DNA of 64,000 nucleotides from Bacteroidota bacterium (GTDB taxonomy: Bacteria; Bacteroidota; Bacteroidia; Palsa-965): contig JBKDHA010000126.1 of assembly GCA_046335555.1 (NCBI GenBank), positions 9,832-73,831 on the forward strand, read 5' to 3'. The stretch's first letter is position 1; every line of letters starts with the position of its first letter. Positions 8,677 to 18,900 of this stretch are shown in pieces. The notes under the pieces were generated by a model, which worked only from the letters and a program-made list of their open reading frames with translations, made no database searches and had not been told where the DNA came from. The position numbers and the translations under genes are program-made.

Positions 8677-9872
8677 TTTTGCGAATAGTTATCTCGCAGG
8701 GCATAAAGTGACCTGAACCCAACTTCAGCTATTATAAAGTTCATCCCCGGCGAACGATACTCTTCCTCAATATGGCGAATATCCAGTATTTCGAGTTCCG
8801 CTTTGTCTGCAAAACGAATGTAGAGCCTTAACGTAAAGTCCTTATCCAGCAATGCCGAGAAATCATTCCCCGAAATCCCCTGAGAAGTTCGCAGAGCACG
8901 CAACTTGTTTAGTTTTTTGTAAGCATACTTATAATTGTATGTTAATGCTGAAATATCAGAGAGCACAGCGCTTCCGGTAGGGTGACTTCCTGCACCTTTT
9001 CCTGTAAATGTTTGCTTGCACGAAAAAGCGCCCTCCACCTCTATTCCATTGTACTCATACTGAACCTTGAATAATTCGTCGTCGGCTTTAACAAACTGCG
9101 GCAGCACGTATATGCGGAACTTATCGCCGGCTTTAGCTGCATAGCCTACCAACCTGATCCGTAACCCTTTTTCGCGGGCATAGCGGATGTCATCGAAACT
9201 GATATTCTGAATGCCGAGGTTTAAAACCTCTTCGGGTTTGAGAATTAATCCGAAGGCATGAATACTAAGCAGGCAGGTTTTGTAAAGCGTATCGTATCCT
9301 GCCACATCCGACCACGGATCGGCCTCTGCAAAACCGCTGGCTTGTGCATCACTCAGCACATCACCATAATCGCGGCCTTCCAGTTCCATGCGGGTAAGAA
9401 TATAGTTCGTTGTGCCGTTGAGAATCCCGCGGATGCTGCTCAGCAACTCATTGTCGTAATATTCTTCGAGCGTTCGCACAATAGGAATACTTCCTCCTGC
9501 CGAGCCTTCATAGATCAGCGCGGCTCCGTGCTTTTCCTGAAGTTCGTGCAATTCGCCGAAATACGTAGCCAGCATTTTTTTGCTTGCACTCACCACATTT
9601 ACACCGTTAGCCAATGCCCGACTCACAATAGCATAAGCTTCATCGGTATCGGTAATCATTTCAACAACCACATCTACATCATTACGACTGAGAATATCTT
9701 CTTTGTCGTAAGTAATAAGTGATTGATTAACGGTGCGTTTTTTCGATGGATCTTTCACACAAATGCGGGCAATATCTGCCTGAAATACTTCCGAATGGTT
9801 AAGCACATCATACAATCCCTGGCCTACACAGCCAAATCCGAAAAGTGCTACTGAGAGTTTATCGTTACTCAT
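8652..9872 (-). CDS. hom: Homoserine dehydrogenase
   Basis: GFGCVG nucleotide-binding motif, VVSASK, YEGSAGGSIP, GILNGTTNYIL, GFAEADPWSDVAGYD, GKGAGSHPTGSAV; start MSNDK. Confidence 0.95.
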   Translation of the reverse strand: MSNDKLSVALFGFGCVGQGLYDVLNHSEVFQADIARICVKDPSKKRTVNQSLITYDKEDILSRNDVDVVVEMITDTDEAYAIVSRALANGVNVVSASKKMLATYFGELHELQEKHGAALIYEGSAGGSIPIVRTLEEYYDNELLSSIRGILNGTTNYILTRMELEGRDYGDVLSDAQASGFAEADPWSDVAGYDTLYKTCLLSIHAFGLILKPEEVLNLGIQNISFDDIRYAREKGLRIRLVGYAAKAGDKFRIYVLPQFVKADDELFKVQYEYNGIEVEGAFSCKQTFTGKGAGSHPTGSAVLSDISALTYNYKYAYKKLNKLRALRTSQGISGNDFSALLDKDFTLRLYIRFADKAELEILDIRHIEEEYRSPGMNFIIAEVGFRSLYALRDNYSQKLFVSVIS

Positions 9873-10043
9873 AATTTTTTGAATCGCCCGGCGGAAGCAA
9901 TTTTCAGTTTTAGTTTTTGTTTCATTCCGCCCGCCTGCGGAATGGTGTGTTGAGAAAAAATCTGAGCCGTTGAGCAAACTGCTAAGAGTGTATTGTTTTG
10001 AAATTCCTTGTTTTGTTTTGTTGAACCGATAAGTTGAGACAAT

Positions 10044-10076
10044 AAAAAAAGCCCTCCGGTTTTACCGGGAGGGCTT
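10044..10076 (-). terminator. Attenuator terminator upstream of hom
   Basis: AAGCCCTCCCGGT-AAA-ACCGGAGGGCTTTTTTT, located between the leader ORF and hom. Confidence 0.88.
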
Positions 10077-10103
10077 CGCTCAACACACCAACAATCAACT
10101 ATG

Positions 10104-10202
10104 CTATGACGCAGGTGTTCCCGGATCGATGCAAGAGCAACGACACATATACATGCTTGCGCACATAAATGCTGAACGGGCTGCAGAAATAGCTGGTCTC
10201 AT
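10104..10202 (-). CDS. Putative Met/Cys-rich attenuator leader peptide (32 aa)
   Basis: MRPAISAARSAFMCASMYMCRCSCIDPGTPAS*; 3 internal Met and 4 Cys within 12 codons; its 3' end pairs with the terminator 5' arm. Confidence 0.78.
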   Translation of the reverse strand: MRPAISAARSAFMCASMYMCRCSCIDPGTPAS

Positions 10203-10271
10203 GTTGAAATCTTCTATATCGGGTGTTGCTTCGGTTTGCCGACCAAAAGCAACTGTGTTTCTAATTCATAG

Positions 10272-10279
10272 CAAATATA
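10272..10279 (-). promoter_or_regulatory. Bacteroidota sigma70 -7 element for the hom leader
   Basis: TATATTTG matches TAnnTTTG. Confidence 0.7.
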
Positions 10280-10447
10280 TAGAGGTTTACTATATCTGCA
10301 CATATTTACTGATTATTTTTAAGTTATGGTTCGATATGAAAAGTCAGAAGCGTATTGCCAGATGCCAGTGTTAACAATGCTTTCAGACATACCGAAACAA
10401 GTCTAAATCGTTACAAAAAAATATTATTTTTTTATTTGTCGATACAC

Positions 10448-11143
10448 TTATTTATACTTCGTAAATGTGGCTGCCGGTCTGAACAGTCCTTTCTGCTGAA
10501 GCAATTTGAGTTGAGCGGGAGTAGCTGCAACGATAAAGTAATTGTCGCCCGCATTGCGCCGTGAAAAGGGGGTAACCTGCGAAAAAGTGCCGGCGTTATC
10601 AAAATTTTTGCCTGATTTATCCATCCGTTGAACGATAGCACGTTTTTCATCGCGGGTAAGGCTGGGTACGGCAATGATGAGTTGTTTTTTGCGCACTGAA
10701 ATCTGCATCACTTTCCAGGTCGAAGAATCGGCGCGGGCGCTGAGCCACCAGCTTCCGTTAAATGCTTTGAGAACAGTATCGCGTCCGAGGCGGTAGCGGT
10801 TTAGTGCGCGCGAAACTACGAGCATTGAATCGCCGGTAACGCGTTCTACAGTGCGCGAATCGCCGGCCCGGAAGATGAACTTATTGCCTGAACGCGAAAT
10901 TCCCATGCGTGCTGTATCACTCAGCGGAACGGTGCGGCGCGAGCTTCGGACAAGATCGAGCTGGCGGGGCAGAATGGTTAAGGTATCGGTGCCGCTCACC
11001 CAAATGCCGCGCAATACGGCAGGTGGTTCGGGCAATGCAGCTGTGCCTTGCGGCTGATCGGTTGTAAAACGCACATCACCATCGCACGAAGTTAAAGAGG
11101 CAAACAGCGGAGCTAATAGCAGAATGGAAAGTAAACGAGCCAT
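10448..11143 (-). CDS. Hypothetical lipoprotein
   Basis: Lipobox LTSC at residues 17-20 after a hydrophobic signal. Confidence 0.75.
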   Translation of the reverse strand: MARLLSILLLAPLFASLTSCDGDVRFTTDQPQGTAALPEPPAVLRGIWVSGTDTLTILPRQLDLVRSSRRTVPLSDTARMGISRSGNKFIFRAGDSRTVERVTGDSMLVVSRALNRYRLGRDTVLKAFNGSWWLSARADSSTWKVMQISVRKKQLIIAVPSLTRDEKRAIVQRMDKSGKNFDNAGTFSQVTPFSRRNAGDNYFIVAATPAQLKLLQQKGLFRPAATFTKYK

Positions 11144-11179
11144 AGCCGAAAGCTATGGAAAAATCGTGCCGTATTCTTT

Positions 11180-11341
11180 GAGCCTGTTTAAAAATCATCT
11201 TTCGGCTTTGTTATGACATATTTTTCCCCATCCTGCGTTGCATTTTTTGTCGATCCTCTCCTAGGATCGCCTTCAAAATGCGCCTTGTCTGAGAAAAAAT
11301 CTACTCATAACAAACCTCAAAAACGAATTTTAAACAGGCTC
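11180..11341. mobile_element. MITE-like element, 162 bp
   Basis: Perfect 14-bp terminal inverted repeat GAGCCTGTTTAAAA / TTTTAAACAGGCTC, inner inverted repeat TTTGTTATGA / TCATAACAAA; non-coding. Confidence 0.8.
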
Positions 11342-11354
11342 GTATAAAATACAA

Positions 11355-11762
11355 TTAAAAGCGGCGGTGCTCCTGAACGTAAGCTGTAATGTAATCTATA
11401 ATGCTTTTGGTATCGGTGCCGGGGGGAAAAAGACGGCCAACGCCTATCTCACTAAGCTTTTTCATATCGGCATCCGGAATAATCCCGCCGCCGGTAAGCA
11501 GCACATCATCAAGCCCTTTTTCCTGCATCAGCGCCTGTATTTTGGGAAACACAGTCATGTGTGCTCCCGAAAGAATACTCACACCAATTGCGTCAACATC
11601 TTCCTGAAGGGCGGCATTAACAACCATTTCAGGTGTCTGGCGCAAACCGGTGTAAATAACTTCCATTCCCGCATCGCGCAGAAAAGAGGCAATTACTTTG
11701 GCTCCGCGGTCGTGGCCGTCGAGACCTACTTTAGCTACCAGCACTCGGATGGGTCGATTCAT
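11355..11762 (-). CDS. Stand-alone cobalamin-binding domain of methylmalonyl-CoA mutase
   Basis: [15 protein letters not shown] (DxHxxG), SILSGAH, GGIIP; TAACTTTG -7 element just upstream. Confidence 0.95.
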   Translation of the reverse strand: MNRPIRVLVAKVGLDGHDRGAKVIASFLRDAGMEVIYTGLRQTPEMVVNAALQEDVDAIGVSILSGAHMTVFPKIQALMQEKGLDDVLLTGGGIIPDADMKKLSEIGVGRLFPPGTDTKSIIDYITAYVQEHRRF

Positions 11763-11995
11763 AATTCAGCAAAGTTAGAAAAGGTTTATTAAAGGCCATC
11801 GAAACTGAAATGCGAAAACGTAATATGCTCTTTATTAGGCTGTTTCAACGTTTTCATAACCTTATAAAAGCTCTCGATACGGTGACTGCTCAGAGCAGCT
11901 AACCGTATAATTTTTAAAATGCTGATTATTAGCCCGATAAGGAATATTTCTAAAAATAAATGCTGGACAATAAAATAAAATAAGGCTTTAGCCCG

Positions 11996-12013
11996 ACCGA
12001 ATGATTGTTCGGT
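11996..12013. promoter_or_regulatory. Putative TetR operator 1
   Basis: ACCGAA-TGATTG-TTCGGT palindrome, 15 bp before the tetR start. Confidence 0.7.
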
Positions 12014-12027
12014 TAATTTAGCTTAGA

Positions 12028-12609
12028 ATGAAAAAACAGACTTCAGATACAGAAAAAAAATTAGCCATTCTTGATGCTACTATGCGGCTGATCAGAGCAA
12101 ACGGATTTCATAATGCACCGATGTCGCTGGTGGCAAAAGAAGCTAATGTGGCAACTGGCACAATCTATCATCATTTCGATAGCAAAGCATCAATAATTGC
12201 AGCCTTGTATGCACAGCAAAAAGAACTGATGGGACGTGCGTTATTGCGTGGCGATAAGCCGGATGAGCAGTATCGCGAGCGATTTTTTCGCTTCTGGAAT
12301 AATCTCTTCAAGCATTTTGCAGCTAATCCTGACGGCTTTCTTTTTCTGGAGCAATATTCTAATTCACCTTACATAAACAATTCGCTGCGGGAAGATAACG
12401 AACACTTCTATTTACCTGTTATTGATTTCATAAAAACAGGAATAAGCAGTGGTGTTTTGCGGAACATGAATCCGGAACTCATGGTTTCTATTATTTACGG
12501 AAATATTGTTTCATGCGTTAAACTACATCTTTCGGGTCAGTTAAAAATGACTCAGTATCATATAAAACAAGCCATTCAGACTACCTGGGATGGTGTAAAA
12601 ATAGACTAA
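12028..12609 (+). CDS. TetR/AcrR-family regulator
   Basis: N-terminal HTH ILDATMRLIRANGFHNAPMSLVAKEANVATGTIYHHFDSK. Confidence 0.95.
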   Translation: MKKQTSDTEKKLAILDATMRLIRANGFHNAPMSLVAKEANVATGTIYHHFDSKASIIAALYAQQKELMGRALLRGDKPDEQYRERFFRFWNNLFKHFAANPDGFLFLEQYSNSPYINNSLREDNEHFYLPVIDFIKTGISSGVLRNMNPELMVSIIYGNIVSCVKLHLSGQLKMTQYHIKQAIQTTWDGVKID

Positions 12610-12622
12610 CAATCATCAACAA

Positions 12623-12640
12623 ACCGAATATTCATTCGGC
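12623..12640. promoter_or_regulatory. Putative TetR operator 2
   Basis: CCGAA-TATTCA-TTCGG, same CCGAA-N6-TTCGG core, located just before the SDR gene. Confidence 0.7.
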
Positions 12641-12653
12641 ATAAACAACTACC

Positions 12654-13481
12654 ATGAAAAACACAGTTCTTATCACCGGCACATCAACAGGCATTGGCCG
12701 CGAAACAGTAAAGTACTTCAGTGCAAGAGGCTGGAATGTGGCAGCTACTATGCGAACTCCGCAAAAAGAAACAGAACTTCAAAAACTACCCGGCGTAAAA
12801 CTTTATGCGCTTGATGTAACAGATGAAGCAAGTATTGCAACAGCAGTATCAAATGCAATAAATGATTTCGGAGGAATTGATGTTTTGGTGAATAATGCCG
12901 GATATGGTGCCGTTGGTATTTTTGAAGCCGCAACAGCCGATCAGATCCGCCGTCAGTTTGATACCAATGTATTTGGTGTAATGAATGTAACGCGAGCCAT
13001 TCTGCCGCATTTCCGTGAAAAGAAAAACGGAACGGTTATTAATGTTACATCTATGGGCGGACTCATTACATTTCCGGTGTACAGCGTTTATCACGGCACA
13101 AAATGGGCTGTAGAAGGCTGGGCAGAGGCGTTGCAATATGAACTCCGGCCGTTTAACATCAGAATAAAAAATGTTGAGCCGGGCGCTATCAAAACCGATT
13201 TTTATGATCGTTCGCAAGACTTGTTTTCTAAAGAAGGATTGACTGCTTACAAAGCCTATGAAACCGCAGCACTCAGCAACTCACAAAAGTTTGGTGAAAC
13301 TGCGCCCGGCCCGGAGGTTGTAGCCAAAACCATTTTCAATGCGGCCAATTCAACAGGTTTTAAACTTCGTTATCCGGCAGGCATGCAGGCTAAAGCGATA
13401 CTTATTCTTCGCAAGAGCATTCCACTGAGCTGGTTCCGCGGCGTAGTGCGCAGCATTGTAGAAAAAGGATATAAAGGCTAA
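12654..13481 (+). CDS. Short-chain dehydrogenase/reductase
   Basis: TGTSTGIG, NNAGYG, catalytic YHGTK, EPGAIKT. Confidence 0.95.
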   Translation: MKNTVLITGTSTGIGRETVKYFSARGWNVAATMRTPQKETELQKLPGVKLYALDVTDEASIATAVSNAINDFGGIDVLVNNAGYGAVGIFEAATADQIRRQFDTNVFGVMNVTRAILPHFREKKNGTVINVTSMGGLITFPVYSVYHGTKWAVEGWAEALQYELRPFNIRIKNVEPGAIKTDFYDRSQDLFSKEGLTAYKAYETAALSNSQKFGETAPGPEVVAKTIFNAANSTGFKLRYPAGMQAKAILILRKSIPLSWFRGVVRSIVEKGYKG

Positions 13482-13506
13482 TCATTCACGCAACAACTCT
13501 TCAGCC

Positions 13507-14004
13507 ATGACTGAATCAATGCACAGTTATTTTCGCGAAGAAAAATCCGAAGCGCTTTTCTTTCTGATTGCCGGCATCCTCTCACTTGGATTATCGGTGT
13601 GGGCATTCTTTTTTAACCGCGAACGCTTCTTTGTTGGTCTTGCAATTCCGGTACTGGTGGTTGGCCTTATTCAGCTTGTAGTTGGCGCAGTTGTTTTCTT
13701 TCGCACACAACAACAAGTGGCAGGTCTGGAAGAACTTTTTGCAACAGACCCGGCAAAATTTGCAACTTCGGAATTAGAAAGAATGATTACAGTAATGAAC
13801 AATTTCCGCCTCTATAAATGGGTTGAAATTGGCTTTGTTGTAAGCGGACTTCTGCTCATCATTTTTAACGTACCGGGATTTTTGCAGGGCATAGCTGTTG
13901 GACTACTTTTGCAAGGTTCCATTATGCTAAGTCTCGATATTGTTGCTGAACGACGCGGAGTGAGTTATCAGCAAGAGCTTCATCAACTTCAACCAGCATC
14001 CTGA
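13507..14004 (+). CDS. Hypothetical membrane protein (about 4 TM)
   Basis: Four hydrophobic stretches; co-oriented in the operon. Confidence 0.75.
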   Translation: MTESMHSYFREEKSEALFFLIAGILSLGLSVWAFFFNRERFFVGLAIPVLVVGLIQLVVGAVVFFRTQQQVAGLEELFATDPAKFATSELERMITVMNNFRLYKWVEIGFVVSGLLLIIFNVPGFLQGIAVGLLLQGSIMLSLDIVAERRGVSYQQELHQLQPAS

Positions 14005-14006
14005 TC

Positions 14007-14999
14007 ATGTCTGAAATCTGGCACAGCAATCCCGAACTTCCGTTTGTTCACCCCGAAGCCCGCGGCAACCGAATGGTGAAAAACAGGTTCACCGGTCTCG
14101 AAGATGAAATACCCGTTGGCTTCAAAACAGTGATGAAATGGATGTTTTCGGCCAACCCGCAGCGGAAAGAAAAAAAGCTTGATACATTCCGGCTTCCGCT
14201 GCGTCGCGACAGCCGCATCTTTGAAGAAACGGCTGATGCATTCAACTGGCTTGGTCACTCTGCATTTTTACTTCGCACCGGCGGAAAACTTTTGCTCACC
14301 GATCCTTGCCTGCTAAGTTCAACAGGCTTGAAACGGCTTGTACCCTCGCCTTTTGCACCCGAAGAAATTACAGGGCTAGATGCAGTGCTGCTCTCACACG
14401 CCCACCGCGATCATTTGGACGAAGCCAGCATGAAGCGCATCATTGCTGTTAATCCGGATGCGGTGTATTATGTGCCGCTGAAAACCGCTCCGCTGCTGCA
14501 AAAACTTGGCGCGAAAAATATTATTGAAGCAGCCTGGTATCAGCAGTATCCGGCTATCGGGAGCGGCGGGCCGGAAGTTATTTTTCTTCCTGCAAAACAC
14601 TGGAACCGCCGCTGGCTTACGGATACCAACCGCACACTTTGGGGCAGCTTCATTATTCGCAGCACAGCACGCACAGTTTACTTCGCGGGCGATACAGCCA
14701 TGTCAACACACTTCAGCGAAACCGGAAAACTTTTCCCCGACATTTCGCACGCTTTTATGCCCGTTGGTGCCTACAAACCGCAGTACATGATGAACGGCGC
14801 GCACATCAGTCCCGACGAAGCGCTTCAAGGTTTTCACGAACTCGGTGCAGCACATTTTATTCCGATGCACTACGGCACTTACGATCTTTCAGACGAACCA
14901 ATAGGTGAACCGTTGCGCATTATGCAGCATCACGAAAAAGAAGGAAGACTAAACGGAAAGCTGATTGCACCGGCTGTTGGAGAAACAGTTCTGCTATAA
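14007..14999 (+). CDS. MBL-fold metallo-hydrolase (RomA/NAPE-PLD-like)
   Basis: WLGHS, LSHAHRDHLD (HxHxDH), YFAGDT, PMHYGTYDLSDEP. Confidence 0.92.
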   Translation: MSEIWHSNPELPFVHPEARGNRMVKNRFTGLEDEIPVGFKTVMKWMFSANPQRKEKKLDTFRLPLRRDSRIFEETADAFNWLGHSAFLLRTGGKLLLTDPCLLSSTGLKRLVPSPFAPEEITGLDAVLLSHAHRDHLDEASMKRIIAVNPDAVYYVPLKTAPLLQKLGAKNIIEAAWYQQYPAIGSGGPEVIFLPAKHWNRRWLTDTNRTLWGSFIIRSTARTVYFAGDTAMSTHFSETGKLFPDISHAFMPVGAYKPQYMMNGAHISPDEALQGFHELGAAHFIPMHYGTYDLSDEPIGEPLRIMQHHEKEGRLNGKLIAPAVGETVLL

Positions 15000-15077
15000 A
15001 TTAGGATTATTTACAATAGCAGAGTCAAACTTATTCAAGGCGGAATATCCGATTTAAAACTGCTTACGTAATCGCGC

Positions 15078-15989
15078 TTACTTCTTTACCCCTTTCCGGT
15101 TAAACCGAATCCCAATCATCAGCTCGTGCGTTCCGGTGCTGTAATTGCGGAGATTGGTTGTTGTAAAATCATACGCATAACTCAGCATAAGATTTTCACG
15201 ATACAGAAAACCGAAATTAGCTGTTATCGCATCGAGGTGACGGTATGCACCGCCTATCCAAACTTTCTCTTTATAAATGATACGTACACCTGCATCAAAC
15301 TGAACAGGAACAGGTTTAACATACTTTACCAATACCGAAGGTTCGATTACAAAATCTTCGCCGGCTTTTTGGCGGTAACCGGCCATTGCAAAATAGTGCT
15401 GACTCATCACACTCGTAGTATTCGACATATAATCGAAAAACTTGAGTTTGTTTTGCTGTAACTGCATAGCCGAAGCACCCACCCAGAACCGATCATTGTG
15501 CAGCATAAATCCACCGCTGAAATCGGGAGTCAGCACGGTTTGCAGTCCATTGATGAGAATATTATCGCCGGGATCATGCAATTGAATTTTATGACCGTCG
15601 ATCATAAATTGTAAAATACCGGCCTGCAAACCAAACGAGAGTTTGAGTTTTTGTGTAAGCGGTGCGTGATACGCATACGACATATAAAATCCGGTTCGGC
15701 GGGTTGGCCCCACGTTATCAGTAAACAACTGCGCCCCGATTCCCATGTTGCGGTATTTCAGCGGGCCGTTTAAACTGAGAATGTAAGTTCGCGGCGCATC
15801 AGTAATTCCGCCCCACTGATAGCGATTGGATGAAATGCCTGTAAAATACCCGTTACGCCCGCCCGCAGCCGGATTCAACACATACTCATTAAGTACATAC
15901 TGGCTGTAATGCGGAAGTTGCTGCGCATACATTTGCGCTGCCGAAAACAACAGTACAAACAGAACGATATGTTTTAGTTTCTGTTGCAT
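15078..15989 (-). CDS. PorP/SprF-family T9SS outer membrane protein
   Basis: QQLPHYSQY...NPAAGG, RYQWGG...APRTY, C-terminal YAYDFTT...GTHELMIG; immediately follows a type-B CTD protein. Confidence 0.93.
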   Translation of the reverse strand: MQQKLKHIVLFVLLFSAAQMYAQQLPHYSQYVLNEYVLNPAAGGRNGYFTGISSNRYQWGGITDAPRTYILSLNGPLKYRNMGIGAQLFTDNVGPTRRTGFYMSYAYHAPLTQKLKLSFGLQAGILQFMIDGHKIQLHDPGDNILINGLQTVLTPDFSGGFMLHNDRFWVGASAMQLQQNKLKFFDYMSNTTSVMSQHYFAMAGYRQKAGEDFVIEPSVLVKYVKPVPVQFDAGVRIIYKEKVWIGGAYRHLDAITANFGFLYRENLMLSYAYDFTTTNLRNYSTGTHELMIGIRFNRKGVKK

Positions 15990-15993
15990 CGCA

Positions 15994-18900
15994 TTAGCGC
16001 ATTATGGTTATTGGCCCGGTGTACGGTTCGGGGAAAAGCGGATCATTCAGATCAATTACATAATAGTAAGTTCCTACCGGAAGTTCTTGTCCATCGTACC
16101 GGCCATCCCACGGCGTATTGTAGCCAACTGAGCGGAACAGCAATTCGCCCCAACGGTTATACACTTCTACTTCGCAATTTTCAAATGGTGTAATGTTATC
16201 GATCTGCCAGAAATCATTCACACCATCACCATTCGGAGTGAAACCATTGGGGAACGAAATTGCAGGAAGCACAATCAGTTCCATAGTATCACTTGCGAAA
16301 CAGCCGTTGGTATCTGTTACAAGTAATACATAAGTTGTTGAAGTCACAGGATCTGCAGTAGGATTAGGAACCGATGCACTTGTAAGATCTGCAGAGGGTG
16401 TCCACAAAAATGTAGCTCCTGAAGGGCCGGCCGGAGAGCCGCCAATTACCGCACTGCCTCCTGATGCAATTGAAATATCAGGGCCTGCGTTTGCCAGCGG
16501 AGGAGCAATACTGTTTACCACAACTGTGTCGGTATGCGTACAAATTCCGTTAGCGGCTACAAGTAAATAGGTATGAATGCCGGGGCCGGAATTTACAATC
16601 AATGAATCATCAGAACCAACAGGTGTCATTCCGGGTAATTCAAACCAGCTGTAAGATGTTGCATTAGTACTTGCTGCTGCGCTGAGAACTACTGTTGCGG
16701 GATAGCAGAAACTTGTATCTGCACCGGCATCTGCAATAACTTCAATTGATGCATTTATTACAACAGTATCGGTAAATGTACATCCATTGGCATCTGTTAC
16801 AGTTACGAAATATGTTCCGGGAAGCACTCCACTCAAATCTTCAATTGTACTGGTAAAAGATCCGGGGCCTATCCAACTGTAAGAATAGGGCAATGTGCCG
16901 CCACTAAAGGTCAAATCAGCTGATCCGTCGGCTGTTGTATTGCAACTTGCATCAGTAATAACAGGTGCGGCTGAAACAAGAGCAGTTGGCTCAGCAACCG
17001 AATCGCTGAGCGATATTGTACATCCGTTTGCATCTCTAATAGTTACCGTGTAAACTCCGGGACAAAGTCCGCTTGCTGTTGCTGATGTTTGACTATTACT
17101 CCAGTTGTATGAATAAGGCAATGTTCCGCCAAATGCAATTGCAGTAATTGTTCCGTTGCATACACCTGCACAAAGCGCATCACTCACCACAGGTTGCGAT
17201 GCTGTAAGCGCGGTTACATTATTAATGATAACCTGCGCTGTGCTTACGCAACCGGTTGCATCAGTTACCTGCACAAGATAAGTACCCGCACAAAGTCCGG
17301 TTAATGAAGCGCTGGTACTTCCATTGCTCCAGAGATATGTAAACGGACCATTCGGGCCGGCAGCCGTTGCCGAAGCTGTACCGTCGCAAACTCCATTACA
17401 GCTTATTGCGGTACTGTTTGTAGTAATTGTAATCTGCGCATTGAAATTGCTGACCGGTATAACGCGAACTTCTGTACACCCAATGCTATCGGTAACAGTA
17501 ACTGTATAAAGCCCTGCACAAAGTCCGTTCACCACAGGTGTAGTTTGTCCGCCCGGTGCCCAAAGGAAAGTAAGCGGACCGTTTCCGCCGGAAGCATTCA
17601 GGTTAATATTCCCATTGCAAAAACCGCAGTCGGTATTAGTAATAATGGGGTTGAGTACAATTGCATTGGGAGCTGTAACACTAAACGAATCAATAAGTAC
17701 ACAACCAACCGAATCGGTAATTTGCACAGTGTAGGTTCCTGCACATAATGACGACACAGCAGATGTTGTTTGTGAGCCGGGCAACCATAAATAAGTATAA
17801 GGTTGTGTACCGCCGCTGGGAGCTAAAGCTATTGAACCATCACAAGTATTACCGCAGGTAACATTTGTAATTACTTCGTTGGCTGCCGAAGGTCCATTAC
17901 TGTTACTCATGTTTAACGTGAACACTTCTGTACATCCCAGCGCATCAGTTACCTGCACCGCATAAACACCTGCACACAAACCGCTGAGCGTCGGAGTTGT
18001 GGCACCATTGCTCCAGAGATAGGTGTATGGAGCAGTACCACCGCTTGTTGCAGAAGTTATTGAACCATTACAAAAACCACAGCTGGGCTGTACTAACGAC
18101 GGGTTGAGTTGAATAGCTTGCGGATCAACAATAGAAACCGGTATCACGGAATTACAGCCATCATCGTCAGTAACCGTTACACTGTATGTGCCCGCACACA
18201 AACCTGTTGCTGTTTGTGTTGACTGACCAAGCGGATCTGTCCACTGATACACAAACGGTGATGTGCCTACAGTTACAGTTACAGCAGCTGAAGCATTGCA
18301 GTCTGCATTGCAAAGCGAAGGCGTTGCAGCAACAGAAGCAACAAGAACATTATACGGACTGACTGTAACTGATTCGGTTTGTGTACATCCGTTTACATCA
18401 GTAATTGTAACTGTATATCCGCCCGAACACAATCCTGAAATGGCAGAAGTGGTTTGTCCGCCCGGCGCCCATGAATAGGTATATGCAGGATTTCCGCCGA
18501 TTGTATTTAGAGATATTGCACCATCACAAATACCGGTGCAGGTAGTATTTGTCACAAACGGATTACCGGCAATTGCAGGTGGTGAATTAATCGTAACCGG
18601 AGAAAAACGGATACAGCCATTGGCATCTGTTACCTGAAGAAAATAACTTCCGGCACACATACCCGTAAGCGTGTTTACTGTTTGTCCGCCAGGATTCCAG
18701 AGATAAGTATAAGGCGATGTGCCTCCGATAGGTATAACCGTTGCGCTTCCGTCGCACGAGCCGGGACAGCTTACATCGCTTGTAGAAACAGTTTCGCCGG
18801 TTGGGCCGTTTGAGTTATTGAGTGTAAGTGTAAAGCTTTGTGTGCATCCGCTGGCATCAGTAACAGTAACCGAATATATTCCTGCACACAAATTTGATTG

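Noticed and set aside
10090-10440. SAM riboswitch upstream of hom
   Set aside because: No SAM-I/IV core (AUC...GAGGGA...GCAAC) recognised by eye; the leader-peptide model explains the sequence; a cmscan would be decisive
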